From positions 122,661 to 186,660 of the forward strand of contig JBOGKQ010000001.1 of NCBI GenBank assembly GCA_050747905.1: 64,000 nucleotides of DNA, written 5' to 3'. Shown piece by piece: positions 1-8,923 of this stretch (positions are counted from its first letter, which is position 1; each line of letters begins with the position of its first letter). This DNA comes from Terriglobales bacterium (lineage in GTDB: Bacteria; Acidobacteriota; Terriglobia; Terriglobales; SCQP01). The position numbers and the translations under genes were made by a program. The notes under the pieces were generated by a model, which did not search any database, had not been told where the DNA came from, and worked only from the letters and a program-made list of their open reading frames with translations.

Positions 1-40
1 GATCTGCAGCCGGTGCTGTCTGCCGCCGGAGCCCACTGAG

Positions 41-3000
41 ATGAACCCCATTGCTGCCGCTTTGCGCCGTCCCCTGACGGTGGCCGTCGCCGTGCTGGCC
101 GTTGCCGCGCTGGCCGCCATGGCGGTGCTGCGCATGCCCATGGACGTCTTCCCGCAACTGGACGCGCCCGTGATCTACGTCGCCCAGCCCTACGGCGGCA
201 TGTCGCCAGCGGAGATGGAAGGCTACATCGTCAACTATTACGAAGCCAATTTTCTCTTCGTTTCCGGCGTCGAACAGGTCGAGTCCCGCTCGGTCCAAAA
301 CATCGGGCTGATCAAGCTTTCCTTCCATCCCGGCACCAACATGAGCCAGGCGGCGGCCGAGACCACTTCCTACATCGCCCGCGCGCTCGCGTATATGCCC
401 AGCGGGACCGTGCCGCCGTTCGTGATGCGCTACGACGCTGGCAGCCTGCCGGTTGGCGATCTCATACTCTCCAGCGCGAACCGCTCCCAGGCCGAACTCG
501 ACGATCTGGCGCAAACGCGCGTGCGCCCGCTGTTTGCCTCACTGCCGGGCGTGTCGGCGCCGCCGCCCTTTGGGGGCAACCCGCGCAGCGTCATCATTAC
601 CCTCGATCCCGCGCGCCTGAGCGCCCGCCGGCTTTCGCCCGACGATGTCGTCAAGGCGGTGGTGGCGGGCAACGTTGTCATGCCCTCGGGCAACGCCCGC
701 ATGGGTGACCTCAACCGCATCGTGCACGCCAACACCGTCGTCCCCGCCTATCAGCAGCTCCTGGATATGCCCATCAGCCTGGGCGCCGGCCGTGCCCCAC
801 AGCCGGACGGCCAGGCGGGCGGCGAAGTCCTGTTGCGCGATGTCGCCTCCATCGAGGATGCCGCGGACGTGGTCTCCGGCTACGCCGAGCTGAATGGCCG
901 CCGGGTGGTCTACATCCCGGTGACCAAGCACGCCGACGCCTCCACCCTGCGCGTGGTCAGTGAGGTCAAGCAGGCGCTGCCCCGCATGCGCGAGCAGGTG
1001 CCCGAGGATGTTGCGGTTGAGTTCGCCTTTGACCAGTCCAGCTACGTGCGCGATGCCCTAACCGCGCTGCTGGTGGACGGCCTGTTGGGAGCGGGGCTGA
1101 CCGGCCTGGTGATCTGGCTGTTTCTGGGCGACGGGCGCAGCGCCGGCATCGTTGTGGTGGTGATTCCGTTCGCGCTGCTGGCGGCGGTCGCAGGTCTGTG
1201 GCTGCTGGGCCAGAGTCTCAACCTGATGACCGTGGGCGGGCTGGCGCTCGCCATCGGCATCCTCGTGGACGAGGCCACGGTGGCGATGGAGAACATCCAC
1301 ACCCACCTCGGTCATGGCGAACCGCCCGCGCGGGCGGTGGTAACCGCGGGGCTGGAGATTCTCGGTCCACAGGTGCTGGCCATGCTGGCGGTGGCGGCGG
1401 TGTTTCTGCCGGCCCTGTTCATGCAGGGCATCAGCCGCTCGCTGTTCGTGCCCCTCAGCCTGGCGGTGGGCCTCGCCATGCTGGCCTCCCTCGCCCTCTC
1501 GCTGACGCTGGTGCCGGTGCTCGCGGTGGCGCAGTTTCGCCATCAGCATCAGCACCCCACCGCACCCAGTGCCCGCTATGAGCGCTTCCGCGGCGCCGTG
1601 CAAAACGCCGCCGCCGCGGTGGCCCGCCGTCGCCGGCTGGTGCTGCCGCTCGTCCTGATCGCAACCTCGGCGCTCGCCGCCGCCATCGCCGTTACGGTCG
1701 GCGCGGATGTGTTCCCCACCGCCGACACCGGCCAGTTCCAACTGCGCTTGCGCGCGCCCGCGGGTACGCGCCTCAAGCGCACTGAGGTGGCCTATGCCAA
1801 GGCGCTGGCCCTCGTCAACCGCGAGGCCGGCCCCGGCAACGTCGAAACCACGCTGGGATTCGTTGGCACCCAGCCGCGCTCCTATCCCATCAACACCATT
1901 TATCTCTGGACCAGCGGACCGCAAGAGGCGGTCATGCAGGTGGCCCTCCGTCCTGGCGCGGGCATCCGCTTGGCGGCGTTCCAGGCCCGGCTCCGTCAGG
2001 ACTTCGCCCGCGAGTTACCCGGGATCGCGATTAACTTCGAGGCCGGCGACATCATCGGCCAAATGATGAATCTCGGCTCGCCCACCCCGGTCGCCGTGCA
2101 GATCACCGGTTTCGATATGTCCGCCGATCATGCCTACGCCGAACAGGTGCGCGCCGCTCTCACGCCTCTACCCATGCTGCGCGACTTACAGTATGGCCAG
2201 CCTTACGACTATCCCGCCGTGCTGGTGGATGTGGACCGCCAGCGCGCCGCCGACTTGGGAATGACCATGGCGGGGGTGGGCCGCTCGCTCACCGAAGCCA
2301 CCGCCTCCAGTCGCTTTGTAGCGCGCGACTTCTGGCAGAATCCCGCCACCGGGCTGACCTACCAGGTGCAGGTGCTCATGCCGCCGGCGGAAATGAACCG
2401 CCTCGATGCGGTCACCGCCATTCCTCTGGCCAGCGGCCGCGGCGCTAGGCCGTTGTTGCTGGGCGATGTCGGCACAGCCCAACTGGGCCAGGTCATTGGC
2501 GAATACGACCACTTCAACATGCAGCGTATGGTCAGCCTCACCGCCAACGTCCAGGGATCGAGTCTCAGCCAAGCCGCGGGCGCGGTCAATCGCGCGTTGG
2601 CGCAACTGCCGCCCCCGCCGCGGGGCGTGCGCGTCGAGGTGGTGGGGCAGGTGCTGCCGATGTGGCAAACCCTCAGCGGGCTCGAATCCGGCTTGGTGCT
2701 GGCCGTAGTGGCGATTCTGCTGCTGCTGACGGCCAGCTTTCAGTCCTGGCGCCTCGCGCTGGTCGTGGTGTCCGCGGTGCCGGCGCTGCTGGCGGGCGCG
2801 CTGTTGTTGTTGTGGGCGTTTGGCTCCAGCATCAACATCGAATCCTTCATGGGCATCATCACCGCCGTGGGTATTTCGGTGGCCAACGGAATCCTGCTGG
2901 TGACCATGGCCGAGAGCGCCCGCAAGCACGCCTACGCGGAGTTGGCGGGCTTGCCCGAAGCCGAACGGCGGCAGCGGGCGGCCGAACAGGGGGCGCGGGC

Positions 3001-3253
3001 GGGCGTGGGCCTGCGCCTGCGGCCCATCCTGATGACCGCCAGCGCCATGATTGCGGGCATGGTGCCCATGGCCCTGGCCTGGGAGTCCGGCGGCGGGCAA
3101 AGCGCGCCGCTCGGACAGGCGGTGATGGGCGGACTGGCGGCTTCCACCGTGTTCACCCTTCTGGTCATGCCTGCGACCTACCTTGCCCTGATGCGGAGGC
3201 GCGATGACCGCTCCCCCGCGCTCGACGTTGAACCGGAGGACTCCAATGCGTAA
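41..3253 (+). CDS. RND-family efflux transporter, inner-membrane permease subunit (AcrB/CzcA-like)
   Basis: 1070-aa ORF. The N-terminus (MNPIAAALRRPLTVAV...DVFPQLDAPVIYV), the length and two clusters of hydrophobic helices separated by large soluble loops are typical of AcrB-type pumps. The ATG at 41 follows an in-frame TGA of an upstream partial ORF at 37-39. Confidence 0.9.
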   Translation: MNPIAAALRRPLTVAVAVLAVAALAAMAVLRMPMDVFPQLDAPVIYVAQPYGGMSPAEMEGYIVNYYEANFLFVSGVEQVESRSVQNIGLIKLSFHPGTNMSQAAAETTSYIARALAYMPSGTVPPFVMRYDAGSLPVGDLILSSANRSQAELDDLAQTRVRPLFASLPGVSAPPPFGGNPRSVIITLDPARLSARRLSPDDVVKAVVAGNVVMPSGNARMGDLNRIVHANTVVPAYQQLLDMPISLGAGRAPQPDGQAGGEVLLRDVASIEDAADVVSGYAELNGRRVVYIPVTKHADASTLRVVSEVKQALPRMREQVPEDVAVEFAFDQSSYVRDALTALLVDGLLGAGLTGLVIWLFLGDGRSAGIVVVVIPFALLAAVAGLWLLGQSLNLMTVGGLALAIGILVDEATVAMENIHTHLGHGEPPARAVVTAGLEILGPQVLAMLAVAAVFLPALFMQGISRSLFVPLSLAVGLAMLASLALSLTLVPVLAVAQFRHQHQHPTAPSARYERFRGAVQNAAAAVARRRRLVLPLVLIATSALAAAIAVTVGADVFPTADTGQFQLRLRAPAGTRLKRTEVAYAKALALVNREAGPGNVETTLGFVGTQPRSYPINTIYLWTSGPQEAVMQVALRPGAGIRLAAFQARLRQDFARELPGIAINFEAGDIIGQMMNLGSPTPVAVQITGFDMSADHAYAEQVRAALTPLPMLRDLQYGQPYDYPAVLVDVDRQRAADLGMTMAGVGRSLTEATASSRFVARDFWQNPATGLTYQVQVLMPPAEMNRLDAVTAIPLASGRGARPLLLGDVGTAQLGQVIGEYDHFNMQRMVSLTANVQGSSLSQAAGAVNRALAQLPPPPRGVRVEVVGQVLPMWQTLSGLESGLVLAVVAILLLLTASFQSWRLALVVVSAVPALLAGALLLLWAFGSSINIESFMGIITAVGISVANGILLVTMAESARKHAYAELAGLPEAERRQRAAEQGARAGVGLRLRPILMTASAMIAGMVPMALAWESGGGQSAPLGQAVMGGLAASTVFTLLVMPATYLALMRRRDDRSPALDVEPEDSNA

Positions 3254-4415
3254 TGCCATCCTGTCCCTGCTGTTGGCCTCATCCGCGGGGCTGTGGACGG
3301 GCTGCCGCCACGCCCACTCCTCCCCGGTTTCCGCCGGCGCGCCCGTCGGCCTGCGCGCCGTCACCGCGGCGCTGGTGCGCAGCGCACGGCCACGCCTGCG
3401 CGTGCTGCTGCCGGCGGAACTGGCACCCTACCAGGACGCCACCCTGCAGGCTCGCGTACCCGGATTTATCCAAACGCTGTACGTGGACCGCGGCAGCCGC
3501 GTCCACACCGGGCAGTTGCTGGCGGTGTTAGATGCGCCCGACCTCAGCGCCAAGCGCGCCCAGGCGGTGCACCAGCTTGCGTCGGCCCGCGCCTTGCACC
3601 TCGAGGCCCAGGCGACTCTGCAGCGCGACCAGGCCACCCTCGAGCGCCTGCGCGGCGCCGCCGCCGCCGAAGCGGGTGCGGTAGCCGGCAACGATATCCA
3701 GATCGCCGAGCACGCGGTCGCCGCTGGCCAGGCCGAAGTCGAGGCGCGCCAGGCGGCCGAACAAGCCGCCGCCGCCAACCTCGCCTCGCAAACCGCCCTC
3801 AGCGGCTATCTGCGCGTGCTCGCGCCCTTCGATGGCGTCATCATTCGACGGGACGCCAGCGTGGGCGGCCTCGCCGGGCCCAGCGCACCCGCCCTGTTCG
3901 AACTGCAACAGATCGATCCGCTGCGCCTGACCGTGGATGTGCCCGAGGCCGACGCGGTGGGTATTCCGATCGGCGTGCGCCTGCCGTTTACGGTGGCCAG
4001 CCAGCCCGGCCGCAGCTTCCCGGGCGTGGTGGCACGCATCGCCCACAGTGTGCGCCGCGATACCCGCTCCATGCCGATTGAGCTGGACGTGCCCAATCCC
4101 GGCCTGGTGCTCGCACCCGGCATGTTCGCGCGCGTCGCTTGGAGCTTCCAGCGTGCCCAGCCGTCGCTGTTTGTGCCCGCCACGGCCGTGGTGCGCGGCA
4201 GCGAACGGACGCTGGTCGAGCGCATCGGCGCCGATCTGCGTCTGCAATGGGTGGATGTGACCACCGGCTTCACCGACGGCGACAACATTGAGGTGTTTGG
4301 CGCGCTGCACCCAGGCGATCGCGTGGTGGCCGCCGCCGACGACGACCTCCGCCCCGGTCAGACCGTCACGGTCACCCCCGCTTCGTCCGCCGCCAGTCCC
4401 CACCTCGAACCGTAG
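3246..4415 (+). CDS. Efflux RND periplasmic adaptor (membrane fusion protein, HlyD family), lipoprotein
   Basis: Lies in the track frame 3204..4415. The internal ATG at 3246 gives MRNAILSLLLASSAGLWTGC (signal peptide plus lipobox). It has an Ala/Gln-rich coiled-coil hairpin segment and a beta-rich C-terminal half typical of MFPs. The start overlaps the RND stop by 8 nt. Confidence 0.85.
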   Translation: MRNAILSLLLASSAGLWTGCRHAHSSPVSAGAPVGLRAVTAALVRSARPRLRVLLPAELAPYQDATLQARVPGFIQTLYVDRGSRVHTGQLLAVLDAPDLSAKRAQAVHQLASARALHLEAQATLQRDQATLERLRGAAAAEAGAVAGNDIQIAEHAVAAGQAEVEARQAAEQAAAANLASQTALSGYLRVLAPFDGVIIRRDASVGGLAGPSAPALFELQQIDPLRLTVDVPEADAVGIPIGVRLPFTVASQPGRSFPGVVARIAHSVRRDTRSMPIELDVPNPGLVLAPGMFARVAWSFQRAQPSLFVPATAVVRGSERTLVERIGADLRLQWVDVTTGFTDGDNIEVFGALHPGDRVVAAADDDLRPGQTVTVTPASSAASPHLEP

Positions 4416-4467
4416 AGCCAAACCAGCCCCGCTGTAGCACCGCGGAACCCTCGGCTTGCTAATTCCA
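4413..4467 (+). repeat. Copy A of a ~50-nt intergenic repeat (core AGAGCCAAACCAGCCCCGCTG identical in both copies)
   Basis: The 21-nt core at 4414-4434 is identical to 10069-10089. The next 14 nt match at 11/14 positions, and weaker similarity continues (CTTGCT..AAT). The element begins at the TAG stop of the adaptor gene. Confidence 0.6.
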
Positions 4468-4469
4468 CC

Positions 4470-4484
4470 CTGCGGCGCCCGCAG
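4470..4484. terminator. GC hairpin between convergent genes (CTGCGG-cgc-CCGCAG)
   Basis: Perfect 6-bp stem with a 3-nt loop in the 82-nt gap between the adaptor gene (+) and the patatin-like gene (-). No U-tract on either side, so function as an intrinsic terminator is unproven. Confidence 0.3.
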
Positions 4485-4497
4485 CCGCAGTTGCCCG

Positions 4498-6750
4498 CTA
4501 TGCCCCCGCTGCCCGTGGCGCCGTTAGGGCCGCGCGCAGGTGCGGCGCCGCCGCCGCTGCGGTGGCGATGCCCAGCATGCGGTAGCTTTCCGTCTGCGAC
4601 TCGTCAAACCACTGGTCCACCGTGGACTGGTGCGGAAAGCTCGGATGGGCGGCGGCGTAGCTGGCCACGTCGGGAACTTCGTCGCCCACCAGCATCGGCT
4701 TGCAGTAGATCAACACGCCGTCGCTTGATCCCTCTCCGAACACCGAGTACTGAATCGTCGCCACCACCGCTCGCTGCTTGCGCCGCCGCATCTGCTCGAC
4801 TTCCTGGCCGGCGGCGAACGTGATGGGCACGCGGAAATCTATCCTGATCTTGCGCAGCGCGTTGCCGAGATCCTCAAAGGTGAAATCGGGATCGCAGCTG
4901 GCATCCACCACCAGAATTGTCTGACAGCGGCGCCGGATCATTTCATACAAACCGAGGTTTTCGAAATGCCCGCCATCGGACAGGTAAACATAGCGGCTGC
5001 GGTTGCTGGTGCGCCCCAGCGCCTCGCGTGCCAGCCAGCCAAAGGCTGAGCGCGGCCCCGAGCTGGTCCAGGTCTTCACGCCGGCCGGGCCGGGATTGCC
5101 CAGCCAGGCGCCCAGTCGGGCGTTGAGCAGGGTCATCACGAAGCCCACAAGCGGCGAGGAGTGGTAGCCCATGTTGGGGCTCACGGCGGCGCCGGAAATC
5201 GCCATCGCCGTGCCTAGCGTCATCCCTCCCTTGCCGCCGTACGCTGCCGCCGGGCGGTAGCCCACACCCGCGCTGCCGCAGGCCAGCGGCGAGGCGGTGA
5301 ACGATTCCGCCATCCGCTGCTGCCACGCCAGCCGTTCTCCGCTCACCAGATTGAGCGTCAGGTTCAGAACCGGAAAGGGTCGCAGCCGGGGGTCGAGCGC
5401 GCACAGCGGCAAATCGTCGCGCGTCCCAAACCCCGTAAAGCGGTTGACGGCGGCGCGAATGCTGGCGCCCAGGTACGCGCGGATCAGACGGTCGCGGTAC
5501 ATACCCGCCAGCGAGAACTTGTTGATGTTGATGAACCGCGCCAGCACCCAGGCGAAGGCGAACAGTACGATCGCCAGCATGAGTTCCGCCTGCCAGGACG
5601 TGGCCAGCAGCACCGCCGCATGATGCTGCCCCCCCTGCCCCAGCAGCCCATCCGTCAGCACTACCAGTCCCACCCCCACCAGCGCCAAAAACACCGCCGC
5701 CGCCCCCGGCAGCCACCCCCAGCCGGCTTCGCTTTCGAGTGTGGTGGCAGCGCTGCGAAAGCCTTCGGCGGCGCTCAGCCAGCCGCTCAGTCCGCCCACT
5801 CCCACCGCCGCCGCCAGCGCTGCCCGCCCCGCCCACGCCAACCCCTGAGGCGCCAGCAGCACCAGGGCACAGGCCCCCAGCCACACCACCGCCGCCAGCA
5901 GGCACTCGGCGCCCGCTCTCGCCATCCATTCCCGGTCCAGGGTGTGCAGCGCCTGGCTGGAGAGTCCTACCAACAGCGCGCCTGCCAGGCCGAGGCCGGC
6001 CATCAGCGCCGGCGGCGCCAGCGTGACATAGGCACCCCAGTGCACGGCGAGGACCGGCCACCCCTGCGCCACCCAGCCGCTGCCCAGGACCACCGCCAGG
6101 CTGAGCGGCAGCAGCACCCAGAACAGAAACTGGCGCCGGCTCGCGTTCTCCCCGCCCACGCTCGGCAAAAACCGCAGTATCGCCGCCCCGCCTACGGCTA
6201 GCAGCACCAGCGCCGCCACCAGCAGCGCCGCCGCCTGGCTCGCACTGCCCAGCCGCAGGAGCGTGAACGCGCCCCGAGGAAGCAGCAGCACCAGCAGCAG
6301 CAGCGGAATGAATACCAGCCAATTGAGCAGCACGTTGCGCATCGCGATCGCCGCGAGCGTCCACGTATCCACCCCAAACCCGCCCCCGCGCGGCGCCAGG
6401 TAGCGGTTGTAGGCGCGCAGATGCCCCACCGGATCCAGATCAGCCGCCGGCGGCCGTGCCTCCGGCGTCAGCGCCGGCAGGATGGCTTCCAAGCCGCCGG
6501 CACGCTGCTTCCACGCCGTCAGCCAGGAGCCGATGTAGCCCCCGCCGGAGACGGACGAGAGATAGTCAAACGCCTCCAGCAGCCCCTGCGCCGCCAGTTC
6601 CTGCAACACCCCCCAGCCCATCGTCGCCGAGCGAATGCCGCCGCCGGACAGACATAGCGCCGCCAGCGGCGCGCCGCCACCCTCGGGCCGCAACGCCGCC
6701 TGCTCCTGGGCCTGCACCTGGTGCCAGTCGAGCGGCAGTGGAGTTTTCAT
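4498..6750 (-). CDS. Patatin-like / cPLA2-like phospholipase with a large polytopic membrane insertion
   Basis: The internal ATG at 6750 (MKTPLPLDW...) was chosen because the longer track ORF overlaps the divergent peptidase gene. Oxyanion motif SGGGIRS (aa 35-41), nucleophile elbow SVSGG (Ser68, codon 6547-6549) and catalytic Asp in LSDGGHFENLG (Asp592, codon 4975-4977). Residues ~150-520 are mostly hydrophobic helices. Confidence 0.8.
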   Translation of the reverse strand: MKTPLPLDWHQVQAQEQAALRPEGGGAPLAALCLSGGGIRSATMGWGVLQELAAQGLLEAFDYLSSVSGGGYIGSWLTAWKQRAGGLEAILPALTPEARPPAADLDPVGHLRAYNRYLAPRGGGFGVDTWTLAAIAMRNVLLNWLVFIPLLLLVLLLPRGAFTLLRLGSASQAAALLVAALVLLAVGGAAILRFLPSVGGENASRRQFLFWVLLPLSLAVVLGSGWVAQGWPVLAVHWGAYVTLAPPALMAGLGLAGALLVGLSSQALHTLDREWMARAGAECLLAAVVWLGACALVLLAPQGLAWAGRAALAAAVGVGGLSGWLSAAEGFRSAATTLESEAGWGWLPGAAAVFLALVGVGLVVLTDGLLGQGGQHHAAVLLATSWQAELMLAIVLFAFAWVLARFININKFSLAGMYRDRLIRAYLGASIRAAVNRFTGFGTRDDLPLCALDPRLRPFPVLNLTLNLVSGERLAWQQRMAESFTASPLACGSAGVGYRPAAAYGGKGGMTLGTAMAISGAAVSPNMGYHSSPLVGFVMTLLNARLGAWLGNPGPAGVKTWTSSGPRSAFGWLAREALGRTSNRSRYVYLSDGGHFENLGLYEMIRRRCQTILVVDASCDPDFTFEDLGNALRKIRIDFRVPITFAAGQEVEQMRRRKQRAVVATIQYSVFGEGSSDGVLIYCKPMLVGDEVPDVASYAAAHPSFPHQSTVDQWFDESQTESYRMLGIATAAAAAPHLRAALTAPRAAGA

Positions 6751-6814
6751 GCGCGTCTCCCGTTTAGATGCTCCCCGGCCACTGAGAGTCAGGAAAAAAG
6801 ATACACTCTCTGCC

Positions 6815-8881
6815 ATGTCCCCACGCCGTCTGTTATTCATCCCGGCCGCGCTGACGCTCGCCGCCCCGTGCCTGCTCGCGACAACTGGGAGACCCCCGGA
6901 GCACCCGCGGACGTCCGTTGTCGGCGCACGAAACTCCGCTGCGCCCAGTTCCGGCCCGGCCACCGCCCGGTCGGCGCCGGAGCCCCCAACGCGCTTGCGC
7001 GTCGGGGTGGCAGCGCGAGGGCAGCTCCAGAAAGAGGTGGCCGCGCCGCAAGAAGCGGCGGTGCCACCGTTCACCCTCGCCGATGTCGTGGCCATCAAGT
7101 ACCCCTCCGCCCCGCGCTGGTCCGCCGACGGCCGCAGCATCACGTTCACCTGGGACGAGGGCGGCGTCTACCGCCGCTACCGCGTGAACGTCGCACCCCC
7201 CGGCGCGCCCGTCCTCGTGCCCGGCGCCGCCGCACCGCGCCGGCTCCCGCCCGCAGCGATCCTGCTCCCCGCCCACGCCCGGCTGCTGGGGCTCTCCCCC
7301 GATGGCCGCCGCCTCGCCTACCTGCTCGGCGGCGGCCCGCAGGAACACAACTTCAGCGCCCCGGAAGTCGGCAACAAGATCATCTTCCGCGTCACCAGCT
7401 ATACCTCCGGCCAGCTCTACACCGCCGCCGTCTCCGGCGGCCTGCCGGTCAAACTTCAGGTGCCGCCGGGCGCCTATGGCGCGCAGTGGTTGAACAATAC
7501 CACGCTCCTCACCAGCATCGTCGCCCCGGATTCCAAAAGCCGCAGCCTCTATTTCCTCGACGCCAACGGCGGCCCGCCCCGCGCCGTGCACACCGATCAG
7601 GAAGACAAATTCTTCAGCATGTTCGGCCGCGACGCCGCGTTTCAAATCTCTCCCGACCGCCAATGGATTCTGTTCGGCAGCGACACCAGCGGCTGGGACC
7701 AGATCTACGTCATGCCTGCCTCGGGCGGTCCGGCCGTGCAGGTCACCCACGGCCCCATCGCCTGCTGGCGCGCGCGCTGGTCGCACGACAGCACCCGCAT
7801 CGCCTTTGACGCCACCCAGCCCGGCCGTCCCGGCGACCGCCAGCTCGGCATCGTGCACCTGAACGGCGATCCCGCCCACGCCACCCTCACCTGGCTCACC
7901 CACGGCCGCGGCACCAATATCGCCGCGGTCTGGTCCCCCGACGATACCTACCTGGTCTACCAGCATGCCGATGCCCAGCACTCCGGCGATCTGTTCGTGA
8001 TTTCCTCCTCCGGCGCTACGCCGCACCGCCTGACCGAATCCATGCCGCCAGCCCTGCGCGCCCGCCGCTTCGTCGCACCGGCGCTGATTCACTACCCCGC
8101 CGCCGATGGTCGCTCCGTGCCCGCCTGGCTGTTCCTCCCGCCCCATATGGATAGGAGCCAGCGCCACCCGGCCATCGTCTGGATCCATCCCGACGGCGTT
8201 AACCAGAACTATGACGGCTGGCACACCGACCGCAACGAGGCCATCTACTACGCCTTTCACCAATACCTGTTGCAGCAAGGCTACGTCGTAATCGCGCCCG
8301 ACTACCGCGGCAGCATCGGCTACGGCCGCGCCTGGCGCGAGGCCGTCTACCGTGATGTCGGCGGCGAGGATGCCACTGACGCCCGCCGCGCCGCAGGCTA
8401 CCTGAAAACACTGCCGTTTGTGGATCCCAGCCGCATCGGTGTCTGGGGTCTCAGCTACGGCGGCTACTTCACCCTCATGGCCATCACCCGCCAGCCCACC
8501 CTGTTTGCCTGCGCCGTGGATGTGGCCGGCCTGGTGAATCCAGCCTGGTACTACAAGGATCCCTACCACTCCGGATGGATGGCCGAACGCATGGGCACGC
8601 CCGAGCAGAACCCGGACGGCTACGCCCGCGCCGCCACCAGCACCCGCATGGACCAGATCCAGCGCCCGCTGCTCATTCTGGCCGGCACCGCCGACGTCAA
8701 CGTCCCCTTCTGGGAGACCACCCTGCTGCTCGACAGCATCCTCAAGGACGGCAAGGGCAACCTCGTGCAGTTCATGATGTACCCCGGTGAGTTCCACTAC
8801 TTCGACCGCGCCTTCGTGCTCACCGACGCCTGGCACCGCGTGGATCGTTTCTTCGCCGCGCACTTGCACCCCGGCCATTGA
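6815..8881 (+). CDS. S9 family serine peptidase (prolyl oligopeptidase / dipeptidyl peptidase-like), secreted
   Basis: ATG at 6815 gives the signal-like MSPRRLLFIPAALTLAAPCLLA. The N-half has repeated propeller-type motifs (RWSADGRSITF, LSPDGRRLAY, ISPDRQWILF, WSHDSTRIAF, WSPDDTYLVY). The C-half is an alpha/beta hydrolase with the GLSYGG nucleophile elbow, Asp in AGTADVNVP and His in GEFHYF. Confidence 0.85.
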   Translation: MSPRRLLFIPAALTLAAPCLLATTGRPPEHPRTSVVGARNSAAPSSGPATARSAPEPPTRLRVGVAARGQLQKEVAAPQEAAVPPFTLADVVAIKYPSAPRWSADGRSITFTWDEGGVYRRYRVNVAPPGAPVLVPGAAAPRRLPPAAILLPAHARLLGLSPDGRRLAYLLGGGPQEHNFSAPEVGNKIIFRVTSYTSGQLYTAAVSGGLPVKLQVPPGAYGAQWLNNTTLLTSIVAPDSKSRSLYFLDANGGPPRAVHTDQEDKFFSMFGRDAAFQISPDRQWILFGSDTSGWDQIYVMPASGGPAVQVTHGPIACWRARWSHDSTRIAFDATQPGRPGDRQLGIVHLNGDPAHATLTWLTHGRGTNIAAVWSPDDTYLVYQHADAQHSGDLFVISSSGATPHRLTESMPPALRARRFVAPALIHYPAADGRSVPAWLFLPPHMDRSQRHPAIVWIHPDGVNQNYDGWHTDRNEAIYYAFHQYLLQQGYVVIAPDYRGSIGYGRAWREAVYRDVGGEDATDARRAAGYLKTLPFVDPSRIGVWGLSYGGYFTLMAITRQPTLFACAVDVAGLVNPAWYYKDPYHSGWMAERMGTPEQNPDGYARAATSTRMDQIQRPLLILAGTADVNVPFWETTLLLDSILKDGKGNLVQFMMYPGEFHYFDRAFVLTDAWHRVDRFFAAHLHPGH

Positions 8882-8923
8882 AGCGGCTGCGGGCGCGCTC
8901 AAAATCCCGTATGATGGCTGGCG

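Noticed and set aside
1-39. 3' end of an upstream + strand ORF (…DLQPVLSAAGAH, then TGA at 37-39)
   Set aside because: With only 12 codons visible, it is too short to identify or score as a feature, although it is probably the preceding gene of the efflux operon.
6635-7149. Long N-terminal extensions of the patatin-like ORF (to 7149) and the S9 peptidase ORF (from 6635), which would overlap each other by ~500 nt
   Set aside because: The internal ATGs at 6750 (MKTPLPLDW, just before the oxyanion motif) and 6815 (a signal peptide) give normal domain starts and a 64-nt divergent spacer. The extensions are low-complexity.
4498-8881. Patatin-like gene as part of an anti-phage system (CBASS-like effector) together with the adjacent S9 peptidase
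   Set aside because: There is no nucleotidyltransferase/cyclase, sensor, or other known defence partner within several kb. The peptidase has a signal peptide and is divergently transcribed. Context does not support a defence island.
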